From contig JAPETS010000024.1 of NCBI GenBank assembly GCA_026023565.1, positions 434,001-498,000 of the forward strand: 64,000 bases of DNA, read 5' to 3'. The stretch's first letter is position 1. Every line of letters begins with the position of its first letter. The notes beneath the pieces are model-generated. The model made no database searches. It saw only the letters and a list, made by a program, of their open reading frames with translations, and was not told the DNA's origin. This DNA is from Cirrosporium novae-zelandiae. Its lineage: Eukaryota. This document shows positions 49,232 through 62,588 of this stretch, in pieces. The translations under genes were made by a program, and so were the position numbers.

Positions 49232-52200
49232 ATGATGCAGCCTCCTATGATATCCTGCCCGTTGAAGCAGACAAATGAAATAGACTGGGTGGCTCCTTTG
49301 AAAAACTATATTCGCCAGACATATGGAGATGACCCGGAGAGATACTCGGAGGAATGCGCGACGCTAAATCGACTCAGGCAGGATATGAGGGGTGCTGGAA
49401 AGGATAGTGCGGCTGGAAGGGATCTACTTTACAGATATTATGGACAGCTGGAGCTCCTAGATTTGAGGTTTCCGGTTGATGAGAATCATATAAAGATATC
49501 TTTCACATGGTATACATTTCTTATATTGCTGCCTGACATGTTAAATCTAATAATGCAATTTTAGGTACGATGCCTTCACCCACAAGTCTACATCACAATA
49601 TTCCCTGGCATATGAGAAAGCGTCTATCATCTTCAACATATCTGCCGTCCTCTCCTGCCATGCCGCAAATCAAAATCGGTCCGAAGACACTGGCCTCAAG
49701 ACCGCATATCACTCATTCCAGGCATCTGCCGGGATGTTCACCTACATCAACGAGAACTTCCTTCATGCACCGTCTACGGATTTAAGTAGAGATACCGTCA
49801 AAACTCTAATATCTATAATGCTTGCGCAGGCTCAAGAGACGTTCTTGGAGAAACAGGTTGGGGACGGCAAAAAGGCCAACTTACTAGCTAAGCTTGCTAG
49901 CCAGGCAGCATATTTGTATACTCAAGCCGCGGAGGGCGTCCAAGATAATGTTGCCAGGGGAGTCTTCGAGAAGGTGTGGTCACTTGCCACACAGATTAAA
50001 GCAAGCTATATGGCAAGCCTAGCTCAACATTACCAAGCCCTTACAGATGAAGATGGCGGTCAATATGGCGTTGCTATCGCTAGATTAGCTTACGCCGAAT
50101 CACAAGCCAAAGACGCGCTCCGAACAGCAAACTCTTTCCCTTCTTCTCTGTCCTCCACTGTGTTTGCCAATTCGAACATGAGTTCGGAAACAGGACCGGT
50201 TCTCGTTGAAATGACAAAACGACATCTCGCCATAGTATCTGAGAAGCTGAAAGAACTTTCTAAAGATAACGATTTTATATATCATCAATCGATACCGAAC
50301 GAAGCATCTCTTTCGCCAATATCCAAGCTTCCAGCTTCGAAAGCTATTCCCGTAAGCGAGCTTTACCAAGGTCAGGATATTCAAAGAATCATTGGTCCAG
50401 ACATTTTCCAGAAAATCGTTCCGATGGCAGTCACCGAAGCAGCGAGCTTATATGATGAAGAAAAGGCAAAGCTTGTTCGAGCGGAAGGGGAGAGGGTTGA
50501 AACAGCCAATGGAGAGATGGCTGCAAGCCTAGATTACTTGAAGTTACCGCAAAGTTTAAACATTCTTAAAGGTGGCGTGGACCAAGAGATAACCGTTGAC
50601 AGTGAATTTAGACGGTGGTGCGAGGATCTGGCTGGGCATGAACCATTTGTGAAAGCCTTCAAACAAATCGAGGAAGATAAGGAGGCTATCCTCGAAGTAT
50701 TAGACAAATGCACAAGACAACTAGATATGGAAGAGAGCAGCTGTGAAAAGATGCGATCTAAATATGGAGCCGACTGGACTCAACAGCCAAGCTCAAGGTT
50801 GACTGCGACATTACGGAGCGACATCAAGAACTACCGCCGAACAATCGATGAAGCAAGTCAAAGCGATGCCCAGTTAATGGCTACAGCAAGACAATATGAA
50901 ATTGATTTTGACGAGATGCGTTCGGCTGGAGAAACTGATGAAGCTGATGTTCTCTTTCAACGGGTCATGATAAAAGCTGGGATTTCAAAGGGGAAAGGCA
51001 GAAACGGGAGTCCATATTCTCCAAATGCTGAACCAAATCTACTAGATGATGACTTTGACGAAGGCCGGTCAACTGTGGCCGAACAAATCGCAAGGGTGGA
51101 AGAACTTCTCAAGAAACTAAACCTAGTAAAGAAGGAACGGACCCAGGTATTAAGAGACTTGAAAGAAAAGGTAGAGATAACGTTCCTCCTAATTCCAATT
51201 TCCTTGCCTCTAACTAAGTTAGGTTCACAACGACGATATCTCGAATGTCCTTATATTGAATAAGAAATCAATAACAAACCACGAGAGTCAACTTTTTAAA
51301 ACCGAATTAGAGAAATTCAGACCGCACCAGAACCGCCTTATCCAAGCAAACCATAAGCAATCAGCACTAATGAAGGAACTCACCAAGACATACTCAGATC
51401 TACTACAAGACAAGAGAGTGCGGTCGGAGCAATCCAGATATGAAGTTATAACTAGACAGCGCGCCACTGTAATGTCGAAATACAAGAAGGTCTACCAAGC
51501 CTTCAACGACCTAATTGCAGGGTTGATGCGAGCTCAGGGTTTCTACTCGGAAATGGGCGATACAGTCGACAGCCTTGAAAAGAATGTTGAAACCTTCATT
51601 AGCAATCGTCGTTCCGAAGGTGCTCAGCTTCTCGATAAAATCGAGCGCGACAAAGCCTCCAATGCTACCGGCCAAGCCGACAAGGAACGCGAGAGGTTGA
51701 GAGAGTTGATGGAACGTATGTCCATGGAACCCGTCTCAACCTCTTCTCCCACAAGATCAAAACATAGACCCTCATCAACCACCGGCTCGGTCTCGAATCC
51801 TAGATATTCGCATCCCTCAAAATCCCCCTCCCACTCCCAGTCTCCTCGCTATAACCAACCACAAAATCTTCCCTCACATTCGCCTTCCATTTCACAACCC
51901 TCAATCTACCCTCACCCAGTCCACAATAACGGTATCGCTTATACACAACAAGGTGCCGCGGCGCCCCTCTCGGAACCCTACAACCCCATGGCCTACCCCT
52001 TTCAAACACCCCAGACAGCATCTCCACCACCGAATCAACAATTCTTTCAAATCCCCCAGCAGAATCCATACGCAATGTATCCGCCGGCGCAGAACCCGTA
52101 TGGAATGCCAGCATATATCCCGCCGCCACCACCTGGCCCACCACCAGGTGGACAGCCCCAGTATGGCTATCCCACTAGCGTGAGCCCATATCCGGGGCAA

Positions 52201-52302
52201 GGACAGCAGATTCGACAGCACCCAGGAACTCAGGGACAAGGACAGGCAATGGGTCAAGGAAGGGCGAATGACCCATGGGCGGGATTAAACGCTTGGAAAT
52301 GA
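49232..52302 (+). CDS. BRO1: Vacuolar protein-sorting protein Bro1 (ALIX family); exons 49232-49509, 49565-51170, 51223-52302
   Basis: BRO1 domain (LNRLRQD, YYGQLELLDLRFP, FTWYDAF, KDNDFIYH), coiled-coil V domain and Pro/Gln-rich C-terminus. Confidence 0.92.
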
Positions 52303-53182
52303 AGATGGAAAAATGAGATGATTGGCAAAATGCTGAAACGAAGCTCAAAGATATGCATCTCCGGTCTACTAGAAAATCAATTGGACTCGAACTTGCGGCT
52401 TAGTCGGCGTTTTTTTCTTTCCTCACAATTTTTTTTATGTTTCTTTATTTTTTAATAAAGAAAGCGGCCAAAGGAAGGACGGAATGAGGGATATTTATAT
52501 AGCATTGCTCACTCACGTTCAACGTTCACATCACGTCGAAAGGCCACACAAACATTTTCAAGATTAAAGATATGATATGATTTATGGAGAAGGACCATCC
52601 ATCCCATCCCATCCCATGCTATCCCCCCAAGCAAACAATCAAACAATCAAACAATCAAAAAGCATTTTTAAAAAACCCCCAGCCCCCGGGATTTGTTTTG
52701 GCTGGCTGGAATATATTTGCTTTTTTAGTTGTTTCGAGTTTTAGCTGAAGGGTTGGTTGGTTGGTTTGGTTTGGTTGTTGGGTGATATATTTATCTAGTT
52801 CTAGATGATATAGCAAGCAGGCAGATACAATAGAAATGAGAAGTTAGTATAAAAGTTTAAAAAGGAAAGAAAAAAAGGGGGGAGGAGAAAGATCGTGGTT
52901 GATGTTAGATGTATTGTAATTATTAGACTTTTTAGGATGGCGGTCTTAACCATATTTAATTTCTTTTTGGTTGCTGTTTTTGTTTTAGGTTAGATTTTCA
53001 TGTTTGTAAAATAATTAATGTAGTGGTGGTCGGTGGTGATAATACATGCATATATATATATGCCTATCTATGTATATACGTATGCATACATGCAAAAAAA
53101 AACCAAAAAAAACCAAAACAAAGCAGTAGTAGTAGTCCTTCATAATAACCACGAGAAATAATCATCATCCCATCATAAAAAA

Positions 53183-54647
53183 TCAAAACATCCCACTTTT
53201 CCTATACCTCCTACTATCTTCATATTCACCCCCACCTGCACCCACAACACTACTCCTTTTCAATGGACTTCCGCCTTCTCTCTGAAACGGATTCGGGATC
53301 GCTCGGTCTCGGAGCCCGTCTATGCCGGTGGAGCGGCTTTTCCGTAAGGGAGAGTTTGCGTGTGAGTATACCCCTAAGCTACCGCCGTCGCCGTTGCGGG
53401 AGGCTGTGTTGGGTTTGGGGGGTTGAAATTGCGGTTGGTAGTAGGAATGAGTGTGGGAAGGGGTTTTGGAACGAGAGGGGCGGTAGGAGGATAGGGGTTG
53501 GGTTTGTGGCTGGGCCTGTGGTTGGTGTTTGATAGGAGAAGAAGAACCAGAGGGAGTTTGGTATGATGATCCGGCTGCGGGGGTGTATATCGGTCTTGGG
53601 GCTGTTCGAGGTGTGGCAAGACCATTTGGATCTACGTGTCTTGAGTACGAGGGGTTGGCGTGGGTTTGGAAACCTTTGTTTATAATTGTGACCGGGGTGG
53701 AGGCTTGGACGCGGTTGAATTTGGAGTCGTGAGTGCGGGAGGGGAGACCACTGGGGGAGTGGAGATCCGTGAAGAATTGGGTTCCGACGTCGCGCATTTG
53801 GGTTTGGGTGCGGGGGTGCACAAATTTGGCGTTGTATTCGTGGAGGACTTCTTTGTGAATGAGGTCTGCGTCTTTAGTTTGCTGGATGAAGGAGGACTTG
53901 AGGAGGGTGAGTTGGATCGAGAGTAGAGTGACGAGAATTAGAGTCTTGACGATCGTTACGCTAGGACGGGGGTCTAACGGGGATGTAGGTAGGAAGAGGA
54001 AGTAGACTAGGATGTGGCCCGGACTAAACATGCAGAACATGTGTAGGCATAACCGTGTTGGGTCCCAGACGGCGAGTTCCCAGACTTCACGATCCGAGTC
54101 CGGGTGAGCGCGCGCCGCGGCAGTTGTGGAGTTGATTACATTGGTGATGTAACGGAAGGGGGACGAGCTGGGGGAGGAGTCGACGCGCACTCGTTGGGCT
54201 GAGGGTGTATGCGGTGCTTCGTCGATTGGGGTTTCGAAGAGTCGATAGTGCCGTTTGCGGTAGAAGGTATAGAATGCGTTTAGGAGAGAAAAGAGGGTGA
54301 GGAAGTGGACAATGAAGGAGCACTGTGCGGAAAAGTTAGCTCTCTTTCGGATATGGGTATATCAAGCTCTCAAAAAAAAAACATACGAGCCAGCTCATCC
54401 AACCTGCGTCATCATCCTCGTCCCCGAATACATCGTCAATGTCATCATTTCTTCTAGATCCGCTATTCGCCCTCGCAATCAACATGACAAGGTTGAGAAG
54501 ACATCCAGATATAGTTCCATACTCTTTCTGCCATTCGTCCCAGTCGCCAGACTCTAGTTCTTCAGACAGCCACAGCAGGAAGTCGAGAGGGTTCAAGTAT
54601 GACTTGATTCGCTCTATGAGCGGCTGTCGGCGCACGAGTCGAGGCAT
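53183..54647 (-). CDS. Nur1/Mug154 (DUF2418) family nuclear-rim membrane protein; exons 54647-54387 and 54322-53183
   Basis: MPRLVRRQPLIERIKSYLNPLDFLLWLSEE, YRKRHYRLFE, VWELAVWDP, FSPGH and KEVLHEYNAKFVHPR, with hydrophobic transmembrane segments. Confidence 0.82.
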
Positions 54648-55059
54648 AGTAGCAAGGATTATTATTAGAATGGAGGGAAATGGTTGTTTGGTTGTTGTAT
54701 TAGAAATTATTGTTCCATGATTAAAACGTAATGTAATGTAATGCAACTCGTAGAAGAAGCCACAGCTTTGAAGAAAGTCGATTCCAAGGAAATTACTTGT
54801 CAGCAAGCTTCTATCAACTAATCCAATGAACAACAAAGTAACTTTTCTTTCTTCAAAGGTCAGTATGCGAATGGTGTTGTTTCTACCAGGGTTCGTCTAT
54901 TGTTTATATTTGAGATTTTGATGGCGGAGTTGTTTTACGTACAATGTTCCAGTGGGTCCGAGCTTTAGATCTACTTAGCACCAGAAGCTCAAGTGGGCGT
55001 CATCCTATTATCACTTACTGTCTAGCAAACAGAAACCTCGACAATATCAGAAAACAGCC

Positions 55060-55645
55060 ATGGCAGCTCCAGCTTCCGCCTACAAGGATAGGCATTTCTT
55101 AGCTGTCATCGGCGATGAGGTAATACATCCATAGGGCTACCCGGAAAACTTCTACAGAAACTAATAGCCTCTTCTACAGGACTCGGTCACCGGTCTCCTC
55201 CTCGCTGGCATCGGGGTATGAAGTTCTAAATCGCATTCATCCAGGGATACTCTTGTCGCTCTTCATATGCTGACCTTCGGCATACTCTCTTAGCATGTGA
55301 CCAATCCCCCAGATTCGCAGCGCAACTTCCTAGTCGTTGACAAGAAGACTGAAACTTCTGCTATCGAAGCAGCCTTTGATAGCTTTACCAAAACACGGAA
55401 AGATATCGCTATATTACTGATTAACCAACATGTCTGTTATCGCTCTACCTTCTACTTCATGGCTGTCGATTGGGTGACTGATAGTCGGATATCTTTTGGT
55501 CTAGGTTGCGGAAAGAATCAGAGAGAGAGTTGATAGCTTCACCGATGCATTCCCTGCTATTTTGGAGATACCCAGCAAAGAGCACCCATACGATCCAGAG
55601 AAGGATAGTGTCATGAGGAGGGTACGGAGGCTATTTGGAGAGTGA
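55060..55645 (+). CDS. VMA7: V-type proton ATPase subunit F; exons 55060-55119, 55180-55215, 55294-55431, 55505-55645
   Basis: Spliced product [21 protein letters not shown]...[18 protein letters not shown]...[27 protein letters not shown]. Mostly missed by the ORF track. Confidence 0.95.
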
Positions 55646-56080
55646 TATAAGAGGATGATTTATAAGACTGGAAACGATCATTATTCACCATTAGAGCTAC
55701 GAATATCAAAAGATAGTGGAGCAATTCTAAATCTCCGAATTCGGGAACAGGTGCGCACTATGATCATACAATTGATACCAATGTAAACCAGCCTAACGAG
55801 ACTGGTTGATAAATTATAGACTCCAAGGATTATGTACGAATCCCGTTGTTTAAATGTTAAAAAGTAACGCCATGCTCGTAAGACTTTCAGTGTGAGGGAC
55901 ACGATTAATCCACCAGCAGGATTCCAATGCATTCCATAAACACCATTCAGCAAAAGTAGTAAGGTATCAAGGCTCCATGAGACTTAAAATGGTGAACATT
56001 TCATCGTTTTCAACACAGAAGATTTAGTCCATGCGATAGTTATCTCTTCGTGATCGAAGACCCATCAAATTTACATTTAT

Positions 56081-56750
56081 TCACATCTCAGATCGAAGGT
56101 CGAGTTTGATACTGCTACCTGGATGACCAGCGCCAAAGGTGACAGTAGCCGTAAGGCAGGTGATCTTCTTGTCATCCTTGGTGTAGACGTCGGCCAAAAC
56201 GGTGTATTTACCCTGTTCGGATAGCGGTTAGTAATAGGTTCAACCATTCTTGATGGTTGATGAGTACATACTGGAGGAATCTCCTTGGGTAGCTCCACTT
56301 CTTTGACAATCTCCATAGGACCCTTTTTGATTGGACATTTCAAGTCGATATTCTTAGCTTCATCACAGAGCATGAACTTTTGGTTGATCAAGCGAATGAG
56401 GCCATATTTGACCGAAAGGTTGACATATGCACCATCTTCAACATCTTGGCTTAGAGTGCCAGAGGCGGTGATGATAAGCGACTTGCCACTGATATATATT
56501 AGCTTCTTGGGGAGCTACATTGTTGGGAAAGATCAACCTACGCAGCAGGAGGGTTTGGGTTCAAGTCGACGTAATCAATTTCGAGGATATCATCGGTGCT
56601 CTTTTGGCAGTAAAGAAGAGGATTGTTTCCAGGAACTGCAAGCTCACTATCTTCGTCCTTGATGACCGATTCACTGCCGAAGAGAGATAACGATCTCGCA
56701 GCCACCAAGTTTGCGAGGAGCAGAGGAAGGATAGTAGCTGACAGCTTCAT
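56081..56750 (-). CDS. NPC2: ML-domain phosphatidylglycerol/phosphatidylinositol (sterol) transfer protein; exons 56750-56542, 56488-56272, 56212-56081
   Basis: Signal peptide, VPGNNPLLYC, VDLNPNPP, VKYGLIRLI, CPIKKG and LPKEIPPGKYTVLADVYT..ITCL. Confidence 0.92.
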
Positions 56751-59666
56751 GATGATTTCAGTATCTTCTTGATATTTTAAATAAGAAGGAGAAGAGATGT
56801 GCAGATGAAAATGTTGAAGTTATCAGCAAGCTGCAAAGGAAACGATTGATTCGAGAGGTAGATGATGGCTGGGACAAGTTCATAGCGAATGAATTGACGA
56901 TATGAGAGAGGTGGGGCGCTAAAAGGCTAAAGCGTCACCGCAATGGCCCAGGCGCTGAGGCTTCCATCCCTCAAACACCTCACAGGTGATGCCACACACA
57001 TATGTTAAGTTCATCAAAGGTCATGAGGAAATAAATTCTGCCTATCCTAATATTTCCTACCACGGTAATCAATTCTATTAAGGCTTATCATTCGCGCCAT
57101 TGGTCGTTAATTTCACCGCCTGGGCGTCATCAACTCCTTATGTGCCAGGTTGTAGAATTCTACAAAATTGGTGAGGCTTCCACGGCTTCCTGCAATACAC
57201 TCCCTGCCTTTCTACAAAAGTAGCTGGCGATTCCCGCTTCTCTCCTCTTTATTGAAGTCCTCTATCTTAACATTTCTTTTTACTGCAACCATTTTCATAC
57301 TGAGTCTGTACAATGTAGTCATTGGTTTAAATCAGGCAACCAATGACCAACAGATGACCATATTTCCGATAATCAGCCGTGAAAAGCAATAGGTGGAAGA
57401 AACCCCCGCTTGAATGGAGAGAAAAGAGCGAAATGCAACGCTGGAGGCCTTTTAACCCTCAAAACCCTTCTTCCAGATAATGGCAGTCGATTCAATATTG
57501 CATTCAACCAGCAAGTTCTACTCATCCATTCCAATACTTATTAGGATATGCACCAATTGTCTCGTGGTACCGGAGAGTGTTTTAGTACTGGAAGAAGAGC
57601 TGATTAGTTATATTCGATCGCATATTCCATACTTCCCAAGCCTTATTGACGTTGGCGAGCCGTAGGAGAGCCAGAAAAGTAGGATATGGATAACAGAGAA
57701 GCTGAGACGCCGTGGATATTTAAGATAAGAATTGAAAGGCCGCATCTTAGTGATATTAATGATTTCCTTCCCTCCTTTGGAAATTCATGAGACCAAATAG
57801 ACGCCATAGATGCTAATGATGATCCATTCTAAATAAAGGCCTTTTTTTTTGCAAAGAATGGCGCAATGACGGACAGAGCGATTATGTATGCTGGTGCTAT
57901 CTGCCTGTCTGCTACTCTGCAGGATGCAGGATGGTGGAGGGGTTTCCTGATTAATGCTCACGTCGCCATCCGTTCTGGCTTTCGGTAAGGATAGGTAAGG
58001 TGGTGGATGATAAGCTTGATTGGATGGGAACAACCATGTCCTGAAAAATAATCGTCATCTTGCTGTAATAGCAGCCCACTAACTAATGCCCTCTCTTCGT
58101 GTCGCTGTTAGCCATTTATGTTCTTTCAAGATATTCACCATATTCGGTATCCCCTGGTTTCTGGTTTGGATCTGAGAGTCTGCAAATGCGAAGTGGGGGT
58201 AGGATGAATGATAAATTATCAAACTTATCGAAGACGAAACCAATGTGTTTGGCTAGAGATCATTCACTTTCTATTTTTTGCGCCGTTCGAAGTTTGGGAG
58301 GAGGGGGGGGGGTGGGATTGGCGAGGTTAAGCAAGGACATCGGTTGGAAGATCATGCCACATTTAGGGGGTAGTCGTGAGTGGCTCGCAATCATACTTTA
58401 ATCAGTTGGAGCACCCCCTTTTCTTGCCGTTTAACGACAGGAATCATCGAACGAAAAGACGAGAAAGCACAAAAACATTCTCACCTCCAACTTCTCATTT
58501 TTTTTGGACAATGTTGGTTCAATGCGATAAGGTGAAAAATGATGGAAATAATGATTATTTTATTTCTTGGATAACTTGGGGATGATGGTTAGCATGGGGT
58601 TGAATGATGAGATCCAGTTTTATGGCCGTTGAGGTTGAGCGAAAGAAGAGAATTTTGAGATGAAAGTACTCAAAGTGTGAAAGTAGGGGAAAGGCATTTT
58701 CGGATCCGATGGAAAAGGTCCAAAAATGGCGTGGGATATTCCCTGGGCGCTAATCCCTAGATGGAATAATGATGACGCTATTCCGTTTCCATCAACCAGT
58801 GGCTATTCGACTCTATGGATACTGGCTGGACTGGCTGGACTGCGCAGTGGGTAAGGCCTGCCTTTGGTGCTTTTGGTGCCCTTGGTCTTTCTTGGTGCCA
58901 GTGGTGCCTTGAAAGGCCTGCCTATGAAGTTCCCCATTCCCGTCTAAATCACTCCCAGCCGAAAAATGCGCCCAGTGGCACTCAACTTACTTACTCTCAC
59001 TCTTACTACCCGGCCCTCAAGCGTTCCCAGTGTGCTTCAACTTCAAGCTTTCTCCTCCTCCTCCCTCCCTTCAGATCTCACACCTTCAACTCAATACACA
59101 TCAGGCGCATTCCTCCCATTCCGTCTTAATTCATATCGCTCACCCACAGAAATCATTCTCTAGTATTTTAGATTTATCCACCACTTCTTCCGCTTTCGAT
59201 CCTGACCTTGTCGTACCTCTCGCTTTTTCCTTTGTTTCCTCAATCCGAAACACCTTCTCATTGTTGGTGATTGAATCAACCTCGCCTTCGACCAACAATC
59301 CACCGGTGCCAATATCGAGAAGCAATCCAAAAATTCATGATCAACCATTGAAGTCATCAGTGAATCCATCAAAAGAACCTCATCCGCCCTTTCAGTCAAC
59401 CATAGCATTACCAAGACCACGCAAGCCTTACGTTACCTATCCCTCGTCACCTACCTCACTTGCCATTGCGCGCATGTTACAATCTATCGTGATTTCAAAG
59501 GTATCAACGTTATCGGGTGGTATCACACTTAGGTTGTCTTGATCTTGCTGGATCAGCCTTCATTCAACCTTTTATCATTAGCCGTCATGCGACTCAGGCA
59601 TAGGATATAGACATATTTGACCTGTTGATGATCCAAGAGTCGACGTGCGACGCTCGCTGTCAGATT

Positions 59667-62588
59667 ATGACAAACACCTTGGGCCCCTTCGCCGCTCACG
59701 CTAATCGACCTCTTCTTCCCGTCACTACAGATATCGATGCATCACCGTCTGCCAACAGTACCTTGCCGGAAGCTTCTGTCTCCGAAGAAGATGAAGATGG
59801 ATCGATCAAGTGCATTTGCGGTTACCAGGATGATGATGGCTTGACGGTTTTCTGTGAGCAATGCAAGACCTGGCAACATATTGGATGTTATTACCCTGGA
59901 GCGACTGCGGCCACAGTGCCAGAGATACATTATTGCAGCGACTGTGTCCCAATGCCGGTGGATGTCAAAGCTGCCAGGGAGAGGCAAAAACTAAAGCGCG
60001 ACCAGGGCGAAAATTCAGAACAGAGACTCAAGCGGCAGACAAACAGGAGCCACAAGAAGAAGCCCAAAGATCAAAATGGTGTTGCTGAACCGCCAAATTC
60101 TTGGGGATCCGATACCAAATATGATATCTCCACTGCTATTAACAAAGGTCAACCTCCCTTGAAGAGAAACAAAACTAGCCATAGATCTTCTGCTTCCATG
60201 GGCTCCCAAGTCAGTTTCGTACCACCAGATACTCACAATCAGAATATCCCAAATGGCCATTCAGATCATAGCCTAATCAAAACTCAATTGCTCGAATCTC
60301 CAAAGGACTGCGACATGCCACTATATAGCCATCTATTCATGCACCTTTACGATGAAGACCCTGGGGAGATTGATCTAGCCGAAAACATATTTCAATCCCT
60401 GAATACTACAAACACCCTCTTTTCTTCCTTTAATGATCCCAAAATAAGAACAAAATGTGTTTTAAAATCGGAGTTTGATTTGGTACCAAAGAAGATATCA
60501 AAACATGATAGGGAGGATCTGAATTATACCTACGCTGGCAGACATCCTCGATGGCAATATGTAACAGTCGATTCCTTCGTTGCTACAAATGAATATATTG
60601 GTGAAATCAAGGGTGAAATAGGATTGCTCGATGAGTATTGCAAAGATCCCACAAACGACTGGGCTGAAACTCATCATCCCAAACCATTTGTCTTTTTTGC
60701 TGGAGAAGTACCGGTCTATATTGACACGCGCAAGCAAGGCAACCTTCTGCGTTATGTGCAGAGGAGTTGTCAGCCTACCATATCATTGAAGCCCGTAATT
60801 ACAGACTCGGGTGACTATCATTTCTGTTTCTTTGCCCGTGGAGACCTTCAACCTGGCACAGAACTCACCGTTTGTTGGTACATGGACCAACAGATGATGG
60901 ACGGTGCGAAAGAAGAAGGAATGAATCCAGCTATAGAGACATGGGTCAGCAAACTGTTTGCGAATCATGGCGGTTGTGCTTGCCACAATATTGAACCATG
61001 TATTCTGGCGCGTTATGATCGACGACAAGCTACCTCTTCTATGAAAGACGTCGAACCTATGCCTATTGCAAATGGAAAGAGAAAAAAGAGGGGCAAGCAA
61101 CAGATGTCACCTTCTGCTACCAATTACACTGTCCATAGCCGTGCCAGCAGTGAGAGTCTCAAACCTCAAGATAATGATGAATTGGACAACCGATCGGTTT
61201 CTGGGTCCGTACGTAGTAGAGACATAAGTCGAGGAGTCACACCTCAAACTTCGGCGACAGAATTAACGGACCGAGATAAGCGTAAAATCGCTGTTGCGGA
61301 GCGGAAATTCGAACAGTTAGAACACGATCGTGAACATCAAAGTCAAAGAAAAAGGAAACGGCATAGTGCTGGGTCAAATGCACAAGCTACCCATGGCTCT
61401 TCGTCTAGGCCACTAGGTGCTCGTTCTGCATCAATTTCACAAGCAGCTGGATATGCTTCACGTCCCTCCCATGCCGATGCCGGCACTTCTAGAAGGATGT
61501 CGCACTCTCCTCCATCTGAGCGCTTGTCGAATTCACACTATAGTGGCAACTCCTCAAGAGTTTCGTCTGGGCCATACGTACCATCTACACCCTCCCCCCT
61601 CTCTCGTCCCCGGTACGTCGATGTTTCCATGCAGACAGACCTCGACGCTTGTCAGCCTGTCGCAGAACCTCCGGTAACTTGTTCAACATGGCATAGACCT
61701 TTTATCCCTCTTACAAAGAAGTTTCTGAAGCGTTGTCACGAACAGAGGGTCCGACAATTAGAGGAAAGAAGAAAGAAAGCAGAAGAGGTCAAGCAGAGAG
61801 TGTCAACTACTATACCTGTGGAATCAAACGAAACGACCACATCGCTAGAGCTAAGCAAACAAAGTGGAAGTGAGGTCGAAATGAAGGATGCTAGCTCGGG
61901 GAATATCTCACCAACCTCTAAACCCCCCGAATTTATCCCGGTGCAGAAGCCACGCCCTCCAGATCCCAACCGCAGTAAAGAAACTAGCGTTTCGCCAAAT
62001 GACGAACATAAGATCAAACCCCCACCTGCTCCATGGCCAGCGAGGAACAATGACACCCCTATGTATGGAGTTGCCGCAGCACCCTTAAGCAATTTTCGAG
62101 GTACTGACCTACATGTCTCCTTACCGCCAAAAGAACCATTGTCGATGATATTATCCCCCACGCATTCCACACTTGCAACACCAAGCACTATCACTTCGTC
62201 CGTTACAACACCCTATGTTCATCCCCCTGATGTACCATCCACATCCTCCATCGCACAACCTAGTCCGGTGAAAAAGAAACTTAGCCTCAATGACTATATG
62301 AATAGGCGGGCACACATGACGCCTACTACTGAGAAAAAGGAACATAGTGGTGGACTGATGAATATGCCCAACAAGCCGGGTCTCCCCAGAGTTGAAGAAA
62401 AAAAAGATAAGGAGCAAGAAATAAAATCGGAGACTATATCTCCAATAGTTCTTCCAACGAAAGATTCATCAGCGGCAAGACAGGAGGACAGTATTATGGT
62501 CATGAATGAACTGTCAGACATAAAGAACAACCAAACCAACAAACCAAATATGGGTGGAACAGGGCTAATGAACGTATCGAGAAACTGA
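59667..62588 (+). CDS. SET3: PHD finger plus degenerate SET domain protein (Set3/Set4-like); start codon uncertain
   Basis: PHD finger IKCICGYQDDDGLTVFCEQCKTWQHIGCY..HYCSDC, SET-like YIDTRKQGNLLRYVQRSCQP..GTELT, and C-terminal KKKLSLNDY. Confidence 0.8.
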   Translation: MTNTLGPFAAHANRPLLPVTTDIDASPSANSTLPEASVSEEDEDGSIKCICGYQDDDGLTVFCEQCKTWQHIGCYYPGATAATVPEIHYCSDCVPMPVDVKAARERQKLKRDQGENSEQRLKRQTNRSHKKKPKDQNGVAEPPNSWGSDTKYDISTAINKGQPPLKRNKTSHRSSASMGSQVSFVPPDTHNQNIPNGHSDHSLIKTQLLESPKDCDMPLYSHLFMHLYDEDPGEIDLAENIFQSLNTTNTLFSSFNDPKIRTKCVLKSEFDLVPKKISKHDREDLNYTYAGRHPRWQYVTVDSFVATNEYIGEIKGEIGLLDEYCKDPTNDWAETHHPKPFVFFAGEVPVYIDTRKQGNLLRYVQRSCQPTISLKPVITDSGDYHFCFFARGDLQPGTELTVCWYMDQQMMDGAKEEGMNPAIETWVSKLFANHGGCACHNIEPCILARYDRRQATSSMKDVEPMPIANGKRKKRGKQQMSPSATNYTVHSRASSESLKPQDNDELDNRSVSGSVRSRDISRGVTPQTSATELTDRDKRKIAVAERKFEQLEHDREHQSQRKRKRHSAGSNAQATHGSSSRPLGARSASISQAAGYASRPSHADAGTSRRMSHSPPSERLSNSHYSGNSSRVSSGPYVPSTPSPLSRPRYVDVSMQTDLDACQPVAEPPVTCSTWHRPFIPLTKKFLKRCHEQRVRQLEERRKKAEEVKQRVSTTIPVESNETTTSLELSKQSGSEVEMKDASSGNISPTSKPPEFIPVQKPRPPDPNRSKETSVSPNDEHKIKPPPAPWPARNNDTPMYGVAAAPLSNFRGTDLHVSLPPKEPLSMILSPTHSTLATPSTITSSVTTPYVHPPDVPSTSSIAQPSPVKKKLSLNDYMNRRAHMTPTTEKKEHSGGLMNMPNKPGLPRVEEKKDKEQEIKSETISPIVLPTKDSSAARQEDSIMVMNELSDIKNNQTNKPNMGGTGLMNVSRN

